Source: Lingula anatina
Taxonomy: Eukaryota; Animalia; Brachiopoda
Reading direction: 5' to 3'
Length of the DNA: 64,000 bases
NCBI GenBank assembly: GCA_051362555.1
Contig: CM120642.1
Coordinates: forward strand, 9,548,001-9,612,000
The notes beneath the pieces are model-generated. The model had not been told where the DNA came from. It searched no databases and saw nothing but the letters and a program-made list of their open reading frames with translations. Shown in pieces: positions 13,253 to 26,085 of this stretch. The stretch's first letter is position 1, and the number at the start of each line of letters is the position of its first letter. The position numbers and the translations under genes were made by a program.

Positions 13253-13968
13253 TTAGCATTGGATAGTCCACTTTACGTACAGTGTCCCTTCAACTAACCA
13301 TCAACGTGGCTGGTCTGTATGGTGTCAAAATCTATTTTGGGGTTTACCTCTGAAATTGGCTGCTGTTGCCACACGACCTGACTCATATCAGCATTTTTGA
13401 AATGAAGTTCCTTTTCAAATGTCAATGGTTGGTCAAATGATGCGAGGATAAAGGGTCGAAACATTCAGGCGAACTACATAGCCTTGGCCGCTTGTCTTCA
13501 GCAAAGAGGACTCTATGACCACGCCTTTTCTCGATGTCTCTACGAAGTTTTCAATCTTCCAAATTAGTTTGCCGTTTTTGTTGCCCAGATCTAGGTCCAA
13601 TTCTCGTCTGTTACGTCATGCAATCTCCTTGTCTAGTTTTAGCTAATATGTTCAAGGAAATGGTCATCTTTCTGTTGCCGATTAAACCTTTGGGTAATGC
13701 GGGGTAGCACAGGGTAAACGCAAGCGATGTTCCTTAGTATCAGTAGTACTAGGAAAAAACACTGAATGGATCACTGAAATTGAAAAAGCAGTAGTTAATA
13801 TCAGCATTATTTGCACTATTTGTAAAATTGATAATTTCCCTTAATGGAAAGGACAGCTGCATGCTAATTGTGGACGCTCGTTTCCGCTTAATACTCTTTA
13901 AATTTGGAGTGACAGTACGACGTTAATAAAGTAACCGTGAGATCCTAATGCTCACTTTCTTACCTCAT
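13253..13968 (-). pseudogene. TRAF/MATH-domain pseudogene, subfamily B
   Basis: ATG-AG|GTAAG exon at 13968-13964 and acceptor tttcag| at 13773. Translation resembles the 22742 ORF (LVLLILRNI...ITQRFNRQQ...LDLGNKNGKLIWKIENFVETSRK...LKTSGQGYVVRLNV...FEKELHFK...NPKID...EGTLYVK) but has stops, frameshifts and an internal deletion. Confidence 0.85.
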
Positions 13969-15378
13969 GTCGAATGGGATGTCAAAAGTCTATCTGTAGT
14001 CTTTCTGAGGAGTAAATAAAAACACGGGGTGGCTATATCGACCTTATCTTACCAGTTAGCCGGCAAGCACCGCGAGTCTCGTTCTCAAGTGATGGTACCC
14101 CCCCTGTAGGTGGCGTGCTACCAATCTTATTGGCAAAAGTTCAAGTTATCTTATCCGTAGTTTCACTCCCAATCAAATTTTCCTTGAGAAAGGAAGCATT
14201 TTTTTTTTTTTTTGCATCAGATCATTCCTTGAGTCTGCATTTTGATTCTATTTCTTATATCATTCATTAAATTGTTTAATAAAGCTCTAGACAGACTTTT
14301 ATTGCCATGTTTTTCTTTACATTAAAGACGGAAATATTGACACTATTAACATTTTTGTGAATTGTGAAACAGTTACATAGTTTCAGGAGAAGTACGCTTA
14401 GACATAAAGATATGACCTTGGGACATTTCCAAAGTAGGGCCTTTACCTTAAGAGTTCCTCATGCCATGTTTATGAATAGTCGTGCATATGTTATAAGACT
14501 GGTTGGGTGCTATTTACCTTTAACTTTGATCAACTCCTTCCATATATGGACGGAATGTAGGCGGAATAACCTTAACACTGCTCAGTACACACACACACAT
14601 CACCCCTACACAAAAGTTACATGTAGATAGAAAGTATGGTGAACATGGTTTACAGTAATTGAAATTAGGTTTCACGTAAACTTCTATGCCATTAAACCGG
14701 CGGCTTCTTATCATATATATTTATTAAGCTGGTAAAGATATGTAACAAAGAAGTGGACAAAACTTGGAACAGTGCCATCATTTTGTCTAGCAGCAGTCTG
14801 TTAGTGCTACATGCCACCACTATAGGTGTATGAGGTATCACCTACACCAATTAGTACAAGTAAAAATAATTGTATTTGTTATTCAAAATTAATGACCATA
14901 CTTTGCAATTATGTATCAAGATGATGGGTTTTCAAACTGCAATTCTTGTTTTTCCGAATCCCTTACTCCATTGATGTATATTTCATTGAAAGTGTTATTC
15001 TGAAGGAACATTTGTCTCATAGCAAAAACGATATGATATATATACAAATGTGAATACTGTAAATAAAGTTCGCTCAAAAGAGCATAGTTCTCATCAAAAT
15101 CCCTATGCATGTATGACAGTAAATACTTGAGAAAAACGATTACATACATGAAGCTGTGGAATACTTGGCCTCAAAGAACAGACTTCTACTCAGCAACGTT
15201 TATACTATGCCACATTAATCTTTATTCATTAAAAAAATTCGAAGAAACCATCCAAACAAGTCCAAGTTTTTCAAAAACACCCTTCCATAAACAACAAAGT
15301 GTTGTTTATGGCCACAATTATCCATTAAACACATTCGAATAGTTCACCCAGCTTAAAGGGTTTTGTACAATTGAAATG

Positions 15379-17299
15379 TCAAATCAGGTTCTTTGTGACG
15401 AACTGCACATTACAGTCAATATACAGTGCCCCTTCAACCAGCCAGCCGTTGTCCTTAATATCCCTGACAGCCATGTCAAATAGGGGGCCAATCATTCGGT
15501 TTTCATTCTGTTCAGGTTTTACCAAAGCCTCGGGAGGGAAAAGTTCTAAGTGCTCCGCTGTATCAAACTCAACTTTTCGTTGGAATACGGTGTTTCTGGG
15601 GTCTAGTGCAGTGATGATTTCAACCGCAATTTTGGGTTTCGCAGGCCACTCCAGTATTGCATCATACTCTCCTTTCTTAAAGACCATCCATAGTGCAATT
15701 CTATCTGTCCCTTTGTTGTAAAAGAAGAGACGAAACTGGGCTTTGTAGTTGCTACTGTACACAAATTTGGAATTTATATCATCCCCTAACTTTTGATCAC
15801 TGGTGTCAAGAAAATCGGGAATCGACCAAATAACATTGCCATCACGGTTGCCTACAGGAAGGTTGCGAAGCCTCTCAGAAGAATGTGCTAAGGCGGCGTC
15901 TGCCTCTGCGTTCCTGTGCTCTAACCAGACAAGCCTTTGGGAAGAACTGGCAAGTGCATTGCGCAACTCTTCCTCTTCCATAGAAAAATCATGGAGGCGA
16001 AGTTTTAACTCTGTGAGACGTCGCTCAAGACACTTAACTTGTTCAGAAATATCTATGTTGTCACTGAAAGAAAAAATACATTTGTCCATCAGCTGATAAA
16101 AGGTTCACTGGTAAGATGATATTGTTCATATGAAAATCGAACTACCATGTCATACCGAATTTTAGGTGTCCACGCCAATTCTGCAAAAGCATAGATATAA
16201 ACTGAAAATATTTCTTAATTTTTTTTATTAAACTTATGCCGTTTTAAGCTGCAATTTTTTTTACAAATCTTAACCTTGATAACATGTTCTACAACTTGAT
16301 AACATGTTCTACAAGAAGCAATGTACCCTATAGGGAATATAACATCACCAATATGGGTGCAACTGTCTATCAAATATCATATGCTTAGCTAAAATTCCTT
16401 GTAAAATGCATAATAAGCACACAAAAAAATTAATCTGACTATTTGATGATCAATCTTTGCCTGCTATCTGTAATGCGTAACGGCAGTTGTCATGTGCTTT
16501 TTCATAATGAGTACGCTTCCCATACTAATTTTCTTTCAATCCCATTATCTTGAATGGTTGGAATCAATGGCCCGTTTAATATACAGTGTATAATACATTT
16601 TCTGAAGGCTGATATTGTTATAAACGAAAGTCTTATTCCTTAGCAATCAACAGATAACAAACACCCGTTTGCATTAAATAAAAATATATGTACCGAAGTT
16701 TTTCTTTTTTAAATAATATCTAAATGACTTTGTTAATTAAAGAGAGACATGTACATTACACCAAGAACCTGCTTGTGAAGATTAATAGGGTATGACATAT
16801 AAACATATTACTAGAGACATGAGGAATCTGGTGTCATTTATATATTAAGGGCATTGTTAATTGATCCGTGTTGTTTTGTCGGATAACTTATTTTCGACAC
16901 CTTGGTTCAGCAAAAAAGTATAACTCACAACAATTATGACATGACACGTTATCATCTACGAGAGTTGATGTTTTGAATTTACGAAATGTTCGCTTTGCGT
17001 GTATAAGCTTTTACATAAGTTGCTCTTTAGCTACGATGCCAGTTTTCCCGATTATAAAAACAGATGTTTAGTCAATAATAGACTAAATGCTTATTGATAC
17101 AAGTGAAGATAAAGCTACATGTATCATGTAACATGGCCCTATGAGGCATAAACTACAGTCCCTTAATGGAAAGGACAGAGACATGCTGATTGTGGTCTCT
17201 CGTTTCCGCTTAATACTCTTTAAACGTGGAGTGACAGTACGACGCTAATATAGTAACCGTGAGATCCAGATGCTCCTGATGCTCAGTTTCTTACCTCAT
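15379..17299 (-). CDS. RING-less TRAF-like protein (coiled coil + MATH/TRAF-C), subfamily A copy 1, ~229 aa
   Basis: Main exon 16063-15379 follows acceptor ttttctttcag. It joins in frame to ATG-AG|GTAAG at 17299-17295 (alternative ATG-AG|GTGAAG at 17391-17387). Heptad helix, then DGNVIWSI..F, YKAQFRLF, KGEYDAILEWP, and GWLVEGALYIDCNV, which are TRAF MATH hallmarks. Confidence 0.85.
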
Positions 17300-18880
17300 G
17301 TCGAATGGGATGTCAAAAGTCTGTAGCCTCGACCCTGCACTTTAATTCGATGTCTTATATCTAATAAAGCTCTAGACAGACTTCACCTCATGCCGATTGT
17401 GCTTCAGTTAGTCTTTCGCCAGTCTGCTTGTAAAGTTAATACTGTCCCTGCCCGTTTGCCACCCTTCATATTAATCAATAGAAAGGGACTAGTTTGCATA
17501 TTGTCTGCAGGGTGTTGTTCGGAAAGTGCACGGTACATTCATTGTATATGTATATATGTCTGAACGGATGAATTTCGTCTTTGTGGTAGTGTAACATATA
17601 AGTTACACTACCACAATTATTTGGATTGTGGTTAACCCCTTGTATTCCCGTTCTTATACCGACGGCAGTCACTTGACAATATCTTCAGATCTTAGAATTG
17701 TTTTTTAAAATAGTCTTAAAAGAGTCATGTGGCTTCTTTAGACTTGATTTAAGTATAAGTTAAATTGCTATGCATGGTAACGATTTAGGATTAGACAGCG
17801 TGTCATACTGATGACACCGAGGGATCTTGCGCTCTTTTGATTAATTTTTACTAAGCTATATTTATGACAAATCTGTGAATATTATGCACGAACTGTATAT
17901 GATTTTGTTTGATTTTTAAGTAGAAAACATTTGCCGCTGGAGATAAAGTCTTTTCATACTGGCTTGATCCTGTTTCATGGGTCCTAATTTGCATACAATA
18001 TTTTCCGTCATACGCGTATTTATACATTTATTTATATATGGTTAAAAACGGTTAGCTTTTCCTTTTATAAATTTCAAGTGAGACCATAAAAAGGGATAAC
18101 GGATCTGTTTAAAATTCTGAGTCACAAAGTCAAAATTCCACACAAAGCTTATCTTAACTCTCGTACTTGGTTAATAAATAGTTTGAAGGGTGTGAAATGT
18201 AAATCTGTGACCCTTCAACATGACAAATTGCAGCTGCAACTAAAATCCACATAAATTGAAACGTGTGTGTTAGGGTTTGATTTTTGGTAACGTACCTGTT
18301 TCGATTTATGAGACATCTAAATTTTTCTTTAAATAATTAACAGATTAAGTGGACAAAAAACTTTAAAATCTCTTTCTTGAAATGCTTAAGACAGTAAAAA
18401 ATACAATCATTTATTTAGGTGAGATCTGGGTGTAATAAGTAGGGCCTACTATAGAAATAGTATACATTAACAGTGAGACACAAAATGGTCCCCATTGCCA
18501 GAGAATGGATCTTAAAAGTTTGTTAAACGTACTTCAGAATAAGATTTAATTAAGTATTTAATACTATTTGATTTCCAGTGCTACAAGTAGCAGTAGCTCT
18601 GGATATTTCGAACGCATCTTATATCATCTTTATATACATGAAGCTGTGGACTACCTGGTCTCAAAGAACAGACTTCTATACAGCAACGTTTATACTGTGC
18701 TGCATTAGGCACCAAATTAATCCTCGTTTATTTAAAAAAAAAGACCATCCAAACAAATCAAAGTTTGTCAAAAACACCCTTCCATAAACAACAAACTGTT
18801 GTTTATGGCCACAATTATCCATTAAACACATTCGAATAGTTCGTCCAGCTTAAAGGGTTTTGTAAAATTGTGCATCAATG

Positions 18881-19113
18881 TCAGATCAGGTTCTTTGTGA
18901 CGAACTGCACATTACAGTCAGTATACAGTGCCCCTTCAACCAGTCCTCAATATCCCTGACAGTCATATCGAATAGGGGGCCAATTATTCGGTTCTCATTC
19001 TGTTCAGGTTGGACCAAAGCCTCAGGTGGGAACAGTGCCAAGGGCTCCGCTGTATCAAACTTGGCTTTTCGTTGGAATACGGTGTTTCTGGGGTCTAGCG
19101 CGGTGATTTCAGC
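18881..19113 (-). pseudogene. 5'-truncated subfamily A TRAF/MATH fragment with its 3' flank
   Basis: Matches the 3' part of the 15379 and 33807 ORFs (EITALDPRNTVFQRK...PEQNENRIIGPLFD...NLI*) with a small deletion. The flank 18635-18880 matches 15145-15378. Confidence 0.85.
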
Positions 19114-19239
19114 CCCATTTAGTGGTGCAGCCTATTACGGTCACGTCTTATAATTAGGATCTGTAACTGTAATGGCACTGTAGTTGACTGTACTTACTTT
19201 GCATTGCCAGGGTTCAAGGGAAAGAGCCAAAAGGAAAAT

Positions 19240-20110
19240 GATACTTTATCAGTATAGAAATATAACATTGGTAAAAAAATGATTATAAAAACATTATCCT
19301 TGCCAATATTACATGTACAGGTAATTCAGATACTTGTATCGTTCCCAAACCCAGAGGAAAAACAGATTAAAGGATTAGAAAAATCACGTTACCTTTCTCT
19401 GGAATAATAAACCTGATAAAATTGAAGGAAACATCATTATAAGCGACAATAAGGCTGGGGGCTTGAAGACGGTAAGTGTCAGGCACTTCATAAAATCGTC
19501 GGAAATTCCATGGGAGAGAAGAAGTTATGTTTCAAAATAAAAAATTGAAAAATATTGTAACTTAATATGTAGACACTAAGAGACTTATAGCATGTGGTAC
19601 AGAATATTTTTCAAAAAACTTAAAGAACATAAAAATAGATTCTTGGAAGATGCTTTAGCAGCCTGGAAAGAATTCTGGTGTGTTATTATAATGGTCAGAA
19701 AATGAAGGACTTTGGTAACATACCACTCTTTCTTAACAGAGATATACTTGTTGGAAATAAACCTATTTATAAATATCTAATCAAATAAATAAATAGTATG
19801 ATAAAAACATTCTATTTAATAATAATATAGTGCTGGACTCAGGAGAATTTTATGACTTTAAAGCGTCCAGGGATTTCCTTATCAAATTTTATCGAATATC
19901 GTAAAATCAGCTTGGCTATTAAAAATGATTTGGTGGCGTTCCTGAAAAATTGGGAAAATGGGCACGCTCATATTAGCCGAGCACATACTGATACTAGAAT
20001 TGTTCTAGAGTTATAAAGCTTTATTATAGAACTTAAAGTTAAGTAAGTGTTTTTGAGACATCGAAAGGTATGAATCAATGAAAGGAGACGTAAGACTTGG
20101 ATGAAAATGA
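19240..20110 (+). mobile_element. Degenerate Tx1/L1-type LINE ORF2 fragment
   Basis: Broken frames give IGKKMIIKTLSLP...SFPNPEEKQIKGLEK...FLWNNKPDKIEGNIIISDNKAGGLK, the post-RT FLW..K...GGL signature of L1/Tx1 ORF2. Confidence 0.7.
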
Positions 20111-20129
20111 ATATCCTGAGAGTTTAGAT

Positions 20130-20880
20130 GTGTCACAGTCTCCCAATAGGGGGCGTTGTCATAGCTTATCACAGCCACCTGTCCGAGAACAACAAACTCA
20201 ATTCACCGACGCCGTGGATCCAGCTCAAAACAATGTTTTCCTCAAAACTTAAAGTCATAAAATGATGTTTTAAACGCTGCCAAACGAATTGTGTACACAG
20301 GTTTATTTCGAGGACTGGAGATTGTTTAATTTTTTCATGATCCCGGTACCTTCCAGTACTGCATCAAAACGGTGGCAGTTCTAAAACTTGGTTGGGACTG
20401 ACGATCTCTTATTCATCACAATAACAAATACTTTCTCATCACTGCATATATTTGAAAACGAAACTATTCACTGTTATATCAATTATAAACAGCTTAACAT
20501 TACAACGTCTTATTGAAGTGGCTCCCGCTTATATCTTTCTTATGGTAGATAAATATTGAACAATATTCTTACAGCCATACAGAAAAGCCAGGGTCGTTTT
20601 TAAGTATTTAACATAATGTGTACGTTTATTGAATATAATGTGTACGTCTATCAATATTGAGTTATAGAATAGTGAAGTACAAGTTGAATCTATAACTTTC
20701 AGCTCTTCCAACCGTCTTTTTTTCCACAAACCTCTTTTAAAAAAGTAAACAGTTTGAAATGAAATTTTCCACACAGAAGAGCAACAGACAAATTGCACAC
20801 CCCCCTTTCGAAATGTTCGTCAGTTTTTTATTATATGTATCAAATCAAGCAGTTTTATTTTTAAGTAATAAAAATAATGA
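20130..20880 (+). pseudogene. Duplicated fragment of the Pcl last exon and 3' UTR
   Basis: 20130-20229 matches 9541-9642 (cacagtctcccaa.agggggcgttgtc...gccgtggatccagctcaaa). About 20260-20880 matches the UTR at ~9925-10535. Confidence 0.9.
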
Positions 20881-21609
20881 AGTTGTTGGTGGTGTTTAGG
20901 AATTTTTGCCCTTAATAATTGGGTAATGTGATAAAATTTACTAGTTGGTATTTGATATGAAGGCAATAATGATATACATGTGAAGGCGAGATATATCGAA
21001 ATTTTATTACTGTAAAGAGATTTTCTTTCTTTTTCTTATACATTGTCGTTTTCATCTGAAATTGCGTCTTCCGCCAGAGAAATAAATGTTCTGGCGACGA
21101 GAGCGATTAAAGTACAAACGCAACGCCTTTATTACTTATTACTCCTAAGCCGGTGTTTGACAACCTGTGGCGATAAGAGTGGAACGCAGTCACAGGCTGG
21201 TGTCCTGTATTATATCCCGACACGTTTCCGTATACTATTTTACCTGCACATCGATCGATCGATCGATTTTTTTGCTTACAAGTCGAGATAATATTTGAAA
21301 CGCAATTTGACCTGTCTGATAAAATTGGTGCAACCACTTCACTGTTGGCAAGAATTGGGATTGGATATATCTGGAAAGCATGAACCTTCTAAAATTTTGA
21401 ACAAATCTTTATTGTCACCATTTATGATTCTCATGTGTAAAGCCCTACAATGGCATCGCACAGGTGACTTTGTGACGCAGTTTGAAATAAAAGGCCTATA
21501 ATAGCGCAGAATTACGGAACGCTCTGCATTCTTTTTTTTTAGGTCACCACCATTATCATATGATTTGTCGTTATTGACTCAATACTATGTCGATAAGCAC
21601 AGGCGTCAT

Positions 21610-22028
21610 ACATGGTGGTCCAAAAAGAGGTTCCCTTTTTTAATAAGTGACATTTTCAATTGAAAGAAAAACTTCACATTTTTTTTGCTTAGACTTGTCT
21701 TAAAGACATTTAAGTTTTGTTTGGTATAACTTTGGGCATTCTCCAGACCTATCCGCTTTGGGTTGCCTTCTAGCGAATACCTAAAAGACAGTGTCTATGC
21801 CAACAATCCGTAAACTAATTATGCTCTAAAAACAATATTCAAATGGAGATCAGAATTCTCCATGACATGCTGAACTGTGTCATAACAAACTTCAAAATTA
21901 TAGTTTACGAGGAAAAAAACTTAACAACACACAAGTTACACACAAGGTCTATAAACTTGCAACCTTTAATTTCAGTAGAAAATGATACTTTAGAGTAAAT
22001 GGAAACATAATTTTGGACCACCCTCTAT
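21610..22028. mobile_element. Tc1/mariner-like MITE
   Basis: Terminal inverted repeats tacatggtggtccaaaa / ttttggaccaccctcta with TA ends. Confidence 0.6.
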
Positions 22029-22741
22029 AAAATCCACGTATCAGGTGTTTACAGAGTAGAAACAAAATGGAGTTGGAGGGAAAATTTTGCTACATTAACT
22101 GCCCATTTTACCCTAAAGGCTACTCCAAACGTGGGACATTTAATCCTTATATGAACGAGTAAGGTAGGAAGGATTACAATTATAATTCTTTTCATAGATA
22201 TGGTCATGCTAAAGTGTGTGGAATTCGTTTCAGAAGTTTCACATAAAATTAATAGATGGCGCATCATCTGTATAAAATGGCGGGGTGTGCATATAACGTC
22301 CTTTTTCTTAAAGAGTTATTTTAAATACAGACCTCCGGTAAAGGCATAATGTACATTGTTTTCCGCAGGAAAACCCATGTTTCTAGGAATATGCACATAT
22401 AGTTTTATCAAATTCAAGTTCAAAATATATGTTTATTCGATTAAAAAAGGAATTATATAATTTCCACAACAGGGAAGTAAACTATTGCCGCATTCAGAAT
22501 ATACCAATACAATAACTCTGTATTAGTTACAGTATGTAGGGAAGGGTTTAGTTTGTCATATATATATATTCACTAACATTTCTTGAAATAAACATGGCAC
22601 GTCAAACCCAATTATACAGGTCTCGAAGTAGTTAAATTTAATTACAGGTAACTAGTGTCCCAGATTTGATAAAACTATCCTGGACAGAATGACACTAATT
22701 AGAATTCGGGCCACTATTTGAAGATACATAATGTTTTTTTT

Positions 22742-23433
22742 TTAATTTTGAATAGTACACTTAACGTACAGTGTTCCTTCAACTATACATCCACGTTCCA
22801 AAACGTCGCTGGTCTGTATGGTGACCAAATCTATCTTGGGGTTTTCCTCTGACACCGGCTGCTGTAGACCGACGATCTGGCTCAAATCAGCATCTTTAAG
22901 ATCAAGTTCCTTTTCGAATTTCAATGGTTGGTCGAAAGCTGTGATGATACCAATACGGATATCGGGTCGAAACGGCCATTCCAGCGCCCCGTCGTGCTCA
23001 CCTTTTTGGACTCGCAGAGAGAATGGTAGGCGCTGGCCTTGGTCACCTTCAAAGTGAACATTCAGGCGAACTGCATAGCCTTGGGCGCTTGTCTTCAGCA
23101 GAGGGGACTCCATGAACACGCGTTTTCTCGATGTTCGTACAAAGTCTTCAATCTTCCAAACTATGGTGCCTTTGTCGCTGCCCAGTTCTAGGTCCCAAAG
23201 CTGTCTGTTACGTCTTAAAATTTCTTTGTCTTGTTCTTTACTTATGCGTTCAAGGAAATGGATGTAAGCCTGGTCATTCTCCTGTTGCCGATTATACCTT
23301 TGGGTGATGAGTGGTAGCACAGTGTTTACGCTACCGATGTTCCTTAGTATCAGTAATACCAGGAAAAACACATCATCCCCGTTATTTGTATAATTGATAA
23401 ATAATTAATTAAATACATAAATACATACCTCAT
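22742..23433 (-). CDS. RING-less TRAF/MATH-domain protein, subfamily B copy 1 (~200-210 aa)
   Basis: Open frame 23371-22742 with GTIVWKIEDF, GYAVRLNV, KGEHDGALEWPF and GCIVEGTLYVKCTI. ATG-AG|GTATGT lies at 23433-23429. The first downstream AG (exon start 23342) gives an in-frame MRNIGSV..., so the N-terminus is uncertain. Confidence 0.8.
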
Positions 23434-25102
23434 GTCAAATGTGACACCACTAGTCTTTCTCTTGTCTTTCTCAGGAATAAATTGATAGGAGCTCGCAGTG
23501 GGCTATACCAGTCTTATCTTAGCAGTTGGCATTGGCCAAAATATTACTATTCTCATGAGGCATACAGGGTATAGGCGGCGCTCTGAGCATGTTACCAATA
23601 CAGACTAATACTGTGTAGGATTTGTCCGTCAGATTATAGTAGGTTAACTGGTAAGTTAATTTCGTTCAAATGAAAATCGAACTACCATGTTATACCAAAT
23701 GTAAGACATGTACGGCACTTCTCCAAAGACATCCTGTATAAACTGACTTTATATTAAAATTGTTGGGGTTTTAAGCTGCAATTCTTGTTTTACAAATTTT
23801 AAACTTGATAACATGTTCTGTTTCAAAGAAAACTTAAACTAAAAGAAGTAATGTGCCCTATGAGATTATAATATCACCATTATGGGTACAACTGCCTTAG
23901 CTAAAATTCTTGATTAAACACTTTATAAGCGCACAAAACATTTAATTGTCACTATCTCATAATCACTCACTGCTGTCTATCTGTAATGAAGTTTCCATGT
24001 ACTTTCTTATAAAAAGTAAGCTTGCTGAGCTAATTTTATTTCATTTTCCTTATCTTGAAATTGTTGGAATCACTGACCCGGTTAATGTATACATTTTTCA
24101 ATGGAATAAGGATATAACATTAGTATAAACAAAAAGGTTATTCCTTGGCAATGAACAGGCTATAAGCACCTTCTCGCGATTAAATAAAAAATCTATATAC
24201 CGAAGCTCTTCTATTTTGAATATATAGAAAAATTATGTACTTTACGGAAGACATGTGTACATTACACCAGGTACCTGCTGTTGAAGATTTAGAGGGTTTG
24301 GGATATAAATACAAAATAAGCTTCCAATTTGTGTATTTTGATAAATATATATCATTAGTCGCACATGTTTTCTGAAGAAGATGCCCCGTTCCAGCCATTC
24401 TGGCGGTCTGACGCAAATCCTTTAAGTTGCTCTTTAGCCACACAATACAAGTTTTCCATGTTATAAAAACAGATAGGCAATAATAGTTTAATGTTTTGAT
24501 TAAATGAAGATCAAGGTATCATCTTACACCCCACTACTCTTGTTGGATGAGACATTAACTGCACGTGCTTTTTTAACAGAAGCAAAAAAACTCATAAGAA
24601 TAGTACAATAGAACAACTAGTTATACTATCACGAAAGTGATTGCAGGTCTTCACTTGAGGTGGCTTGCTCTGAGAAAAATCCTCGTTAAGATTTGGTATA
24701 TTAATGAAAGCATTGTAAAGAATGGGACTCGACGCGCACCCTTGTTTTACTCCCGCGCCAAACTCTCGTCCACTGCACAACGCTTTAGAACAGCTGGTGA
24801 ATAATTGTTATGTGGCTGGCTGAGTTAGTTTTATGCCCATATTCATTAAATCTCTTTCATTAAATGCAATTATGATGACAAGAATAAAGTAAAAGTTACC
24901 ATAAATACCATAATGACATAATAGTAAATAAATTTAACTTATTATGAAAAAAGCAACAAAATAGTGTAACTCTATGTTGTTTGCCACAGGACGAAGGCAC
25001 GGAATATTATTTTAGGTACATGGTTACCGGGTATACTGTATGTTTACTTGTGCTGCTATAAGCCTATCTCTAGTCTTCCTATGTAGTAAGTGTATGCAGT
25101 AT

Positions 25103-25608
25103 CCCAGCAGGCATAGTGACGGATCAATGTTGAAAACGAGTTGGGACGTTGAATTGCCGTTGATCTACCTAAATTCAACGTAAAATCAACGTTGATCCAG
25201 CCACGTCAAAACACCGTCATAATGTGACGTTGACTCAACGTTGTATTTTGGTCATTGACTCAACGTTGTTGTTTGGTCGTCGTGATGCAAGACATGAATT
25301 GTAATTTAAAATATTAATGTTTGAAAACGTGATACTATGTTTATCAAAACTGTAACGAACTTTACAAAGTATTAAAAAAGGTGCTTTAAAGAAAAAGAGA
25401 TATTTTTAGTGTCTTTAGTGAACTAGTGAATTTTCTTTACTTGTTATTCAGAAATACATTCCAATACACTTCCTTGCAAGGTCAGCTAACACTAGGATGA
25501 ATAAGTCCCTGTAAATGTGATGGTGTGAAGTTAACAAAACAATGTTGACAGTTCACGGTATTCACGGTACCCTGTTATAGATAGACAGGTTGAGGTGACC
25601 CTGACTTT

Positions 25609-25681
<73 letters not shown>

Positions 25682-26085
25682 AAACCTTGGAAATCCTAAC
25701 TTAAAGGCCATACATATATACCCTACATATATTCAGCTACAAACATGCCCTACTACTAAACACATCCAGGCTAAAAGGGTGTACCATGCTTAGGTGCAAA
25801 ACATGCTTAAGAGCTAAATGCGTTGAAAAAATGAGACAAAGCAGGCACTTGGATGTTTTTACAGTGTACGTTATAATTGTGTACCTGTGTTTTGTACCAA
25901 AAATAAAAACATTTCGGGTCATTTTAATGTCTTTTCATGCAAGAATGTTGTCTAACAACTGGGGTTGATACAACGTTGTTATCTGACGTTGATCCAACTT
26001 TCAAATCCAACGTTTATCCAACGTCTTATCAACGTTTTGGTTCAACGTTGTTTCAACGTTAAAACAACATAATTTGCCCGCTGGG
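25103..26085. mobile_element. Non-autonomous CACTA/EnSpm-like TIR element with internal (TA)n
   Basis: Termini cccagcaggca / tgcccgctggg with 2-bp AT flanks, many subterminal (c)aacgttg motifs at both ends, and (TA)n at ~25611-25679. Confidence 0.7.

Noticed and set aside
15371-16096. Plus-strand ORFs overlapping the MATH genes (also 18878, 22818, 30444, 33796, 48165)
   Set aside because: Antisense shadows of the minus-strand TRAF/MATH coding frames; no independent protein features.
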